A stretch of 40,383 nucleotides of DNA from Candidatus Bipolaricaulota bacterium (GTDB lineage Bacteria > Patescibacteriota > Patescibacteriia > UBA11705 > DATKZF01): positions 226,312-266,694 of the forward strand of contig DATKZF010000001.1 of the NCBI GenBank assembly GCA_035528115.1, in the 5' to 3' direction. Below, piece by piece: positions 8,011 to 15,095 of the stretch (positions within the stretch are counted from its first letter, which is position 1; each line of letters starts with the position of its first letter). Made by a program: the position numbers and the translations under genes. The notes under the pieces were generated by a model that saw nothing but the letters and a program-made list of their open reading frames with translations, did not search any database and was not told the DNA's origin.

Positions 8011-9822
8011 TTTTCTGCTGAAAAGTTTTTCCAGCTCCGTATAATTTATGTCAATTATGGCCGGACGGCCATGAACGCAAGTGTAATGATTTTCCAGCGC
8101 GCGAAAATTCTTGATTAAAATCTCGATTTCCTCAAAAGACAAATCATCTCCGAATTTCACGGCGGAGCGGCAAGCCATTGTGTTCAAAACTTTTCGCGCC
8201 GAATCCGAAAATTCCGAGGACACCGCCCGCTCATCGATATCCGCGAATATTTCAAAAAATATTTTTTGGATATTTTTATCTTTCAACATAGCAGGCACCG
8301 CGTTTATTTTAATCGTTTTCTCTCCAAAAATGTCTATGGAAAAACCAAACTTGGACCAAGAGTCAATCGATTGGCGAATATTATCCATGTCGATCGCGGG
8401 CAGATCAAACAGCAAAGGCAAAAGCAAACTTTGAGACTTGATTTTCTCGGTTTCGAATTCCAGTTTTATTTTTTCGAACTGAACGCGCTCCGAAACGGCG
8501 TGCTGATCCATGATTTTCACGCCCGAAGCGGATTCTATGATGATATAAGAATTTTTGATTTGGCCGATGACCTGCCAGTCATTTTCATCAATGTCAACGT
8601 CCACCAATTCTATTTTTTCTTGCAAAAACGATACCAGCTCAATATTTTCCGAAGTAAAACTTTTTTTCGCGGACTTGGGCAAAGCGTAAATGGATTGATT
8701 GAATTCCACGGCCTGTTTTACTTGAGACGCCGAGGGCGGCAAAGATATTTTTTTCTCTGATAACGCGCTTTTGATATCAATGAATCCGGAGCCACGCTCC
8801 TCCGCAGGCTTATCAAATGCCACTTGTTTAATCAAATTATTTTTGTCGAGCGTCGAGGCTATGGCTCGATAAACTCCGCGATAAACGGTCTGCGGCTCGG
8901 AAAAACGCACTTCCAGCTTTCGAGGATGAACATTGACGTCTATTTTATACGGATCGATTTTCAAATTTAAAATAAATACGGGATTGAGCTCTCTGGGCAG
9001 CAAAGTCCCATAGGCGTCTCTAACGCTTTTGGCGACGATATGTTCGGTGACCGGTCTTTTATTGACGAACAAATATTGGTGTCGGCGATGAGGCAAGGCG
9101 GCTTGAGGCTTGCCGATGTAGCCGAGACATTCCATGTCCAACAAATTAACTCTGACTCCAAGTAAATCCGCGGCCAAATTATCGCCCAACAACAATTCTA
9201 TGCGATCGAGCCACTTTTCCGTCTTGGGCAAATGATACGCGACCTTACCGTTATTGATCAATTTCCAAGAAACTTTACCGTGAATCAGCGCGAAGCGAGT
9301 GAATAATTCCAAAATATGATTAAATTCGGTGTTGACCGTTTTCAAATATTTTTTTCTGGCCGGCACATTGTAAAACAACTCTTCAACAAAGACCGAGGTG
9401 CCGTGAGGACAGCCGACCGAAGAAACAATTATTTGACCGGTCGAGTTGGAAATTTTCGAGCCGGAAATCGAATCCGAATCTTTGGTTTGCAAAGTGAATT
9501 TGCCGACCGCGGCCACGGAAGCCAAAGCTTCCCCCCGAAAACCGAAAGAATTGATATTGAACAAATCATCGATGTTTTTCAATTTGCTGGTGGCGTGCTG
9601 CAAAACGCATAACTTCGCCTCTTCCTCGGACATGCCATGTCCGTTGTCCGAGACTTTGATCAAATTCAAGCCGCCATTTTTTATTTCAATTTCAATCTGG
9701 TCAGCTCCGGCGTCCAGGCTGTTTTCCACCAATTCTTTAACGACCGAAGCGGGCCGCTCAACGACCTCTCCGGCCGCGATTTGGTTGATGATTTCTTGAG
9801 GTAATACTTTAATATTTCCCAT
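8008..9822 (-). CDS. mutL: DNA mismatch repair protein MutL
   Basis: 604 aa. GHKL ATPase N-terminus (IAAGEVVERPASVVKELVENSLDAGA, DNGHGM) and a C-terminal dimerisation domain. Confidence 0.92.
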   Translation of the reverse strand: MGNIKVLPQEIINQIAAGEVVERPASVVKELVENSLDAGADQIEIEIKNGGLNLIKVSDNGHGMSEEEAKLCVLQHATSKLKNIDDLFNINSFGFRGEALASVAAVGKFTLQTKDSDSISGSKISNSTGQIIVSSVGCPHGTSVFVEELFYNVPARKKYLKTVNTEFNHILELFTRFALIHGKVSWKLINNGKVAYHLPKTEKWLDRIELLLGDNLAADLLGVRVNLLDMECLGYIGKPQAALPHRRHQYLFVNKRPVTEHIVAKSVRDAYGTLLPRELNPVFILNLKIDPYKIDVNVHPRKLEVRFSEPQTVYRGVYRAIASTLDKNNLIKQVAFDKPAEERGSGFIDIKSALSEKKISLPPSASQVKQAVEFNQSIYALPKSAKKSFTSENIELVSFLQEKIELVDVDIDENDWQVIGQIKNSYIIIESASGVKIMDQHAVSERVQFEKIKLEFETEKIKSQSLLLPLLFDLPAIDMDNIRQSIDSWSKFGFSIDIFGEKTIKINAVPAMLKDKNIQKIFFEIFADIDERAVSSEFSDSARKVLNTMACRSAVKFGDDLSFEEIEILIKNFRALENHYTCVHGRPAIIDINYTELEKLFSRK

Positions 9823-9866
9823 AGTCTCATCACTTTATCATAAAATTTTCAAAATGCAAAAATTTT

Positions 9867-9899
9867 AAAAAAAATAACGCTTTCCGATGTAGGAAAGCG
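9867..9899 (-). terminator. Rho-independent terminator of the structured RNA
   Basis: 8-bp stem CGCTTTCC/GGAAAGCG (9878-9885 / 9892-9899), followed on the minus strand by TTATTTTTTTT. Confidence 0.7.
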
Positions 9900-10268
9900 A
9901 TTTGGAAGTCGGGTGGACAACGCACGGAGTCAAAATAAGTCCCGCGGGCCATGAAGTTTCCGCCCCATAAAGGTAATAGACGGGGCGATCAAGGAGCCCG
10001 CGAAAAACGAAACTTCAAAGAACCCTGTAGAAAGGAAACCGCTTATGGTGTTTTATGACAGCTGGAACGCATCGCTCGGATCAGCCTTTTAGGGCGCGGT
10101 GATCCTTTTGAGCGAAAGTTTCCCGCCTTAGTCAACCTTTCCACAGGAACTGTTTTCAAGAGAATCCCGCGAGTATGCAACCACTCTCACTTGCCACACG
10201 ATGGTGGTTGAGTCCGCGCAGACTCTAAAGTAGTTGGTTGAGCGATGCAGGGGCTCGCGGGAAACTGA
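9867..10268 (-). ncRNA. Unclassified large GC-rich structured RNA candidate (about 400 nt)
   Basis: No ORF of 60 aa or more. It has its own consensus promoter and terminator on the minus strand. There are many long-range complementary segments, for example CCUGUGGAAAGG/CCUUUCUACAGG, GCAUCGCUC/GAGCGAUGC, CCCGCGAG/CUCGCGGG and GAAGUUUC/GAAACUUC, the last with a pseudoknot-like CGCGGGC/GCCCGCG. Confidence 0.55.
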
Positions 10269-10272
10269 AGCC

Positions 10273-10301
10273 AATATAGTAATTTCTTTTGATTCTGTCA
10301 A
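10273..10301 (-). promoter_or_regulatory. Consensus sigma70 promoter for the structured RNA
   Basis: On the minus strand: TTGACA (10296-10301), a 17-nt spacer, then TATATT (10273-10278). Confidence 0.65.
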
Positions 10302-10345
10302 GGGCTAAAATGCGTTTTTATATTATTTTAACCTAAAATTAAACA

Positions 10346-10447
10346 AAAAAACGGGACGCGATCATGCGCGCGCGCATGATGTAGAGACGCGCCGCGGCGC
10401 GTCTCTACGCGCGGCGCCGTACGGCGCCGCGCCGCGTCCCGTTTTTT
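10346..10447. terminator. Compound GC-rich palindrome block (15-bp outer stem enclosing three perfect palindromes) downstream of mutS
   Basis: Outer stem is aaaaaacgggacgcg / cgcgtcccgtttttt. The inner perfect palindromes are 10361-10380 (20 nt), 10381-10408 (28 nt) and 10409-10432 (24 nt), with no spacer nucleotides between them. There are T-runs on both strands. It overlaps the mutS stop codon. Confidence 0.65.
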
Positions 10448-13001
10448 ATTTCAATTTTTTCTTTAATTCAACCAATACCTGCAACGCCTCAATCGGCGTC
10501 AAATTGTCCAAATCGATTTCTTTTATTTCTTTTTCGATTTTCGATTCTACCGCCGTCGAATTAAACAACTCTCCTTGCGCCGCATTGGACGCCACGTCCA
10601 CTTCCCTATCCTTTTCGAGTTTATGCAAAACCTCATTGGCGCGATCCGTTATTTCAACGGGCAATCCGGCCAATTTCGCCACCTCAATGCCGTAACTTTT
10701 ATTGACCCCGCCTTTTAAAACTTTTCTTAAAAAAATAACTCTGCCGTTGTCTTCGGTGACCGCGACGGAATAATTTTGCGCTTTTTTCAAACCTTCAACC
10801 AATTCAATCAATTCATGATAATGCGTGGCGAACAAAGTGAACGCTCCCACGTTATTATGAATATATTCCACGATCGCCCAAGCAATACCCACTCCGTCGT
10901 ACGTTGAAGTGCCGCGACCCAGCTCGTCCAAAATTATCAAACTGTTTTTCGTGGCGTTATTTAAAATATTGGCGGCCTCTTCCATTTCCACCATGAAGGT
11001 GGATCGGCCGCGAACCAAATTATCCGCGGCGCCCACTCTGGTAAAGATGCGATCGACCGCGCCGATTGTCGCGCTCTCAGCCGGCACGAAAGAGCCGATT
11101 TGCGCCAACAAAACGATCAAAGCCGTTTGCCGCAAAAAGCTGGATTTGCCGCTCATGTTCGGCCCGGTCAACAAAATGAATTCATGAGTCTCATGATCCA
11201 AAAAAACGTCATTGGGCACGAACGCGTCGGAAACGAATTTTTCAATCACCGGATGGCGGCCGTTTTTTATTTCAATGAATTTTTTCGAAGACATCTCCGG
11301 CCGGACATAATTTTCAGCCGCGGCCAAAACGGCCAAGCCGAGCAAGACGTCAAGAACGGCCACGCAAACCGCGGTTTTTTGAATTTCAGAAAAATATTTA
11401 ATCGCTTCATCTCTGGCCTCTAAAAAAATATCATATTCCATCTTTTTTATTTTCTCTTCCGCTCCCAAAACTTTTTCTTCGTATTCCTTCAGCTCCGGAG
11501 TGATATAGCGCTCGGAATTCACCAGCGTCTGCTTTCGAATGTAATCGTCCGGAACCGACGCTTGATTGGCCTTACTGACTTCAATGAAATATCCGAAAAC
11601 ATGATTGTATTTTATTTTCAGCGTCCTGATGCCCGTTTTCTCCGCCTCTTTTTGCTGAAGCCGTCCGATCCAATCCTTGGCATTGGTTGAAATCGAACGC
11701 AATTCGTCCAATTCTTTATTAAACCCTTCTTTAATCATTCCACCTTCGGTAATTATGGCCGGCGGCTCTTCAATGAAAACTTTATCCAAAAAAAGAACCA
11801 GATCCGTATGCTCTGAAGCGTTTTCATAAATTTCCGACAGCAGTTCCGATTTGCAATCCGCCAAAGACTGCTTCAATTTGGGAATTTGGCGCAAGCTGTT
11901 TTTCAGCGCCACCAAATCTCTGGCAGTGGCGCGCCGGCAGCCGATTCTGCCCAAGAGCCGCTCGATGTCAGCCACGTTTTTCAGGGTCTCAGCCAGTCTT
12001 TTTTGTTTGGAAATGTCTTTGACCATTTCTTCAACTGAAAAATGACGTCGCTCGATTTCGTTTTTTTTCAGCAACGGATATCGTAGCCACGACCTTAGCA
12101 TTCTGCCGCCCATGGCCGTTTGCGTGCGATCGATCACGGACAACAAATCTCCGCCTTGTTCGAAATCAACTGCCCGGCCGAAAATCTCCAAATTTCTGAT
12201 GGTGGCTTCATCCAAGACCATGCGGTCTTTGAAATTGTAAAGCGTGATTTTGGTGATATGTTCCAAATTCGTTTTCTGGGTTTCAATCAAATATCCGAGC
12301 AAATTCGCGGCCGCCGCGACGCCGACTTTCAAAAATCCGATGCCGAAACTATCCAGACTTTGAATCTTAAAATGCTTTTTGAGAAATTCCGCCGGATCTT
12401 CATAATTGGGAATCTGAAACGGATTGACCGTTTTCAATTTGGAAATCAGCCGCTGGTGATCGGAATTGTTGTAAACGCTCGGCGAGACAATGGCTTCGGA
12501 TGGCGACAGCCTGAACAATTCATTTTCCACCAAATCCGAATCGTCGAATTCGCCGACTTTGAATTCGCCCGTGGTCAGATCGCAAATGGCCAGCCCCCAT
12601 TTTCGCGCCGAATAAACCAAAGCGACCAAGTAGTTATTTGATTTATTATCCAAAATATTATTGTCGAGCGTGGTGCCCGGCGTGACAATCCTAACCACTT
12701 GCCTTTTGACAATGCCCGGCAAGGATGGGTCTGACAGCTGTTCGCAGATGGCCACTTTTTTGCCGGCTTTGGTCAATTTCGACAAATAGCCGTCGAGAGC
12801 GTGATACGGCACGCCGCACATGGGCGTTTCATTATCCGTGCCTTTGTTTCTGGCGGTCAAGGTGATATTTAAAATTTTCGAAGCTTCAATGGCGTCCGGT
12901 CCGAACATTTCGTAAAAATCGCCCAGCCGAAAAAACAAAATCGCGTCTTCGTGTTTTTTCTTGATGTCATTGTATTGTTTTAGCATTGGAGTTTCAGGCA
13001 T
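10446..13001 (-). CDS. mutS: DNA mismatch repair protein MutS
   Basis: Begins MPETPMLKQYNDIKKKHEDAILFFRLGDFYEMF. Walker A is GPNMSGKSSFLRQ. The track start at 13022 lies inside the heptamer repeat, so I prefer the ATG at 12999-13001. Confidence 0.92.
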   Translation of the reverse strand: MPETPMLKQYNDIKKKHEDAILFFRLGDFYEMFGPDAIEASKILNITLTARNKGTDNETPMCGVPYHALDGYLSKLTKAGKKVAICEQLSDPSLPGIVKRQVVRIVTPGTTLDNNILDNKSNNYLVALVYSARKWGLAICDLTTGEFKVGEFDDSDLVENELFRLSPSEAIVSPSVYNNSDHQRLISKLKTVNPFQIPNYEDPAEFLKKHFKIQSLDSFGIGFLKVGVAAAANLLGYLIETQKTNLEHITKITLYNFKDRMVLDEATIRNLEIFGRAVDFEQGGDLLSVIDRTQTAMGGRMLRSWLRYPLLKKNEIERRHFSVEEMVKDISKQKRLAETLKNVADIERLLGRIGCRRATARDLVALKNSLRQIPKLKQSLADCKSELLSEIYENASEHTDLVLFLDKVFIEEPPAIITEGGMIKEGFNKELDELRSISTNAKDWIGRLQQKEAEKTGIRTLKIKYNHVFGYFIEVSKANQASVPDDYIRKQTLVNSERYITPELKEYEEKVLGAEEKIKKMEYDIFLEARDEAIKYFSEIQKTAVCVAVLDVLLGLAVLAAAENYVRPEMSSKKFIEIKNGRHPVIEKFVSDAFVPNDVFLDHETHEFILLTGPNMSGKSSFLRQTALIVLLAQIGSFVPAESATIGAVDRIFTRVGAADNLVRGRSTFMVEMEEAANILNNATKNSLIILDELGRGTSTYDGVGIAWAIVEYIHNNVGAFTLFATHYHELIELVEGLKKAQNYSVAVTEDNGRVIFLRKVLKGGVNKSYGIEVAKLAGLPVEITDRANEVLHKLEKDREVDVASNAAQGELFNSTAVESKIEKEIKEIDLDNLTPIEALQVLVELKKKLK

Positions 13002-13005
13002 ACGG

Positions 13006-13093
13006 CATGAATCATGGAACATGGAGCATGGAACATAACAATATTAAGTTGATCCATGATCTATGATATGTGATACGTGATATGTGATCCATG
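13006..13093. repeat. Heptamer repeat locus E2: two opposed arrays
   Basis: Block a (13006-13036) is catgaat|catggaa|catggag|catggaa|cat. After a 15-nt spacer, block b (13052-13093) is atccatg|atctatg|atatgtg|atacgtg|atatgtg|atccatg. Confidence 0.65.
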
Positions 13094-13119
13094 ATTAAAC
13101 ATCTTATCAAATTATTTCA

Positions 13120-13162
13120 AAAAAACAAAAAAGCCCGCAAAACGCGGCTTAATTCTTTTTTT
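13120..13162. terminator. Bidirectional hairpin terminator
   Basis: AGCC(C)GC-aaaac-GCGGCT flanked by an A-run and a T-run, downstream of the 114-aa ORF. Confidence 0.55.
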
Positions 13163-13193
13163 GTCATTTATTACATACTCCGGCAACCGAAAT

Positions 13194-13538
13194 TTATTCT
13201 TTTAAAAACTCCCCAAACACGGTCACTTCCATTTTTGCATTATAATCTTTAGCCGTGTCAGCATCAAAATAGACATTTTCAAATTCTTCATCGCCGAATT
13301 CTCCGTTGGGCGATTCCAACAAATCTTCCACCAAAGTCTCCTTAAGCGGGCTGAATTTATAATCGTTCAGGTCAACGTTTTCCATGGAGCCGTCCTTTAG
13401 ATACTTGATGCCGCAATCATGAAACAAACCGCCGATCACCTGCGCCCAGCGGCCATTGATTTTTATCACGTCAAGCGTGTCTGGCATTGGTTTCTTTTCC
13501 TTTTGTTCAATATTGGGTTGTTCAAAATCTCCCGGCAT
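13194..13538 (-). CDS. Hypothetical protein (114 aa)
   Basis: ORF with an ATG start and a terminator downstream. No recognisable motifs. Confidence 0.5.
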   Translation of the reverse strand: MPGDFEQPNIEQKEKKPMPDTLDVIKINGRWAQVIGGLFHDCGIKYLKDGSMENVDLNDYKFSPLKETLVEDLLESPNGEFGDEEFENVYFDADTAKDYNAKMEVTVFGEFLKE

Positions 13539-13560
13539 ATTTTTATTAAAATTTACAACG

Positions 13561-13593
13561 CTACTCCAGCGCCGCCTAAATTCTTCTGACGCC
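13561..13593 (-). repeat. Degenerate copy 3 of the alaS 3' end
   Basis: ctactccagcgccgcctaaattcttctgacgcc. On the minus strand it reads ...SGVRRI*AALE*, against the genuine alaS end GVRRIKAVLE*. Confidence 0.65.
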
Positions 13594-13626
13594 AGAAAAA
13601 CTCATTTACTCTTATAATTATCGAGA

Positions 13627-14958
13627 TCACAACAATTTGAATGAATTTAAAATTGAAAGAATCACCGCCTCATCAAAATAATTGATTTTTCTTTTTGTTT
13701 GCATGGCCATCGATAAAACTAATTTTTTTTCAGGGATCATTTCAAAAACAATCACTTGATTTTTACCGGATTCGGCATCATAAGCATAAGACTTAAAAAT
13801 ATGCTCATCGACTACGCATTTATCGACGATTTTATCTTTTAACTCTATTTCGCATAATTCATCAAACAATCCATTAACTGAATCGGGGCTCGACAAGCTT
13901 AACTCGTCAGACTCCAAACCAATTGACTCAGCATACTCAAGAAACTTGGTGAAATCGAGGTCAAAAGATAAATCAAATTTTGTAAATTCGGATACGCTTA
14001 CATCCTGAAAACTGGCCCACTTGTCACTGATGGAAACAAAGCGGCCGGCTCCTAAATATTCCTCCATCCAAAGAGGCAAATCTATCTGAAATTGAATATT
14101 ATTATTCGTTTGGCTATATGGCTTGCTGTAAATACTAAATTCATTTTTAAATATCTCTCCGTCGCCAAAGGATTTCAATTCCGCATCATATGGAATAAAA
14201 ATCTCCAAATCACGACAACCACCCCCGGCTTGATCTCCAAACCTTCTGGCAAAATAATCTCGGGATTCGCAAATTACCTTATACTTTTCAGTTATACCAT
14301 TGCCATCAATCGAAGCCCTGAGAAAATCCAACCCCGTGTCGCTTTCCCAAAGATATTCTTTTTCATGCAAATAACCCTTTGGAATCGCCAAGTCACCAAA
14401 TTCATTATTCCCTAAATACGCAAAGACTGCGTAACCGGCTGACCCATTCCATGGTTGACATTTGCTTGTCAATAATTCTTCAGTGGAATCGTCGCCCAAA
14501 TTCACGACATCAAACGCACAAAACTCGGAATCCGCAGTGCCGCCGATATTTGTCGCTTCATCTTTTTTTATTTGTTTCCAGCCGTCTTCTTCCCACCTGT
14601 AAACTTCCACATATTGAATTTTACGCTTGTCATTCGCTCGAACAATTACGTCATCTACAATATATTGAATCGCCTTTTCCATTATACCATCCCCGTCAAG
14701 ATCAAAATTCTTTTCAACCAAATTATGGGATCTCTCCGATATATAGTCTTTGGCACTAAAATCATCAGGTGTAGAAATAAATGAAGGAGCAACATTCTCC
14801 ACCGCGTCCTCAGACGTTTGAATAATATTTGAGTTATCCAAAACACTCTGACCATCTTTATCAGATTTTGATAAATCAACATTTTCATTCGAACAGGAAA
14901 CAAGAAACAGCAAAAAAATAATAGTGATTACGGATTTGATGGCGTATTTAATTTTCAT
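13627..14958 (-). CDS. Hypothetical lipoprotein (443 aa from the ATG at 14956-14958)
   Basis: MKIKYAIKSVITIIFLLFLVSC has a lipobox (LVSC). Contains a DLDGDGIME calcium-binding-like motif. The track start is a GTG 30 nt upstream. Confidence 0.65.
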   Translation of the reverse strand: MKIKYAIKSVITIIFLLFLVSCSNENVDLSKSDKDGQSVLDNSNIIQTSEDAVENVAPSFISTPDDFSAKDYISERSHNLVEKNFDLDGDGIMEKAIQYIVDDVIVRANDKRKIQYVEVYRWEEDGWKQIKKDEATNIGGTADSEFCAFDVVNLGDDSTEELLTSKCQPWNGSAGYAVFAYLGNNEFGDLAIPKGYLHEKEYLWESDTGLDFLRASIDGNGITEKYKVICESRDYFARRFGDQAGGGCRDLEIFIPYDAELKSFGDGEIFKNEFSIYSKPYSQTNNNIQFQIDLPLWMEEYLGAGRFVSISDKWASFQDVSVSEFTKFDLSFDLDFTKFLEYAESIGLESDELSLSSPDSVNGLFDELCEIELKDKIVDKCVVDEHIFKSYAYDAESGKNQVIVFEMIPEKKLVLSMAMQTKRKINYFDEAVILSILNSFKLL

Positions 14959-14988
14959 AAAATTATTGATAAAACTGACTCGATTCAC

Positions 14989-15021
14989 TTACTCCAGCGC
15001 CGCCTTAATCCTTCTCGCCAC
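14989..15021 (-). repeat. Degenerate copy 2 of the alaS 3' end
   Basis: ttactccagcgccgccttaatccttctcgccac. On the minus strand it reads ...FRSSVARRIKAALE*. Confidence 0.7.
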
Positions 15022-15066
15022 GCTTGAGCGGAAAGGCAAGCTTTCCGCTGGGTTAAGGCATTTTTG

Positions 15067-15094
15067 TTTCATGCTACATGTTTCATGTTCCATG
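15067..15094. repeat. Heptamer repeat locus E3
   Basis: tttcatg|ctacatg|tttcatg|ttccatg, abutting the alaS stop codon. It shares the 15-mer tcatgttccatgatt with E4. Confidence 0.6.
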
Positions 15095-15095
15095 A

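Noticed and set aside
9867-10268. Tried to assign the structured RNA to RNase P RNA or tmRNA (right size; housekeeping RNAs are often GC-rich in AT-rich genomes).
   Set aside because: On neither strand could I find the universal P4 elements (GAGGAAAGUCC and ACAGAA..GGCUUA), a tRNA-like T-arm (GGUUCGAAUCC-type) with a terminal CCA, a G-rich 5' acceptor strand pairing with the 3' end, or a plausible tag ORF ending in ..LAA. There are only loose resemblances, such as UGUCCAC..CCCGACUUC. It is left unclassified.
13002-13022. N-terminal extensions given by the ORF track for mutS (13022), lepA (30187), alaS (16940), infA (7073), rpsI (3462), the lipoprotein (14988) and HerA (37984).
   Set aside because: The extensions start at GTG/TTG or at repeat-derived ATGs. 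They add non-homologous residues ahead of canonical N-termini, so downstream ATG starts were preferred.
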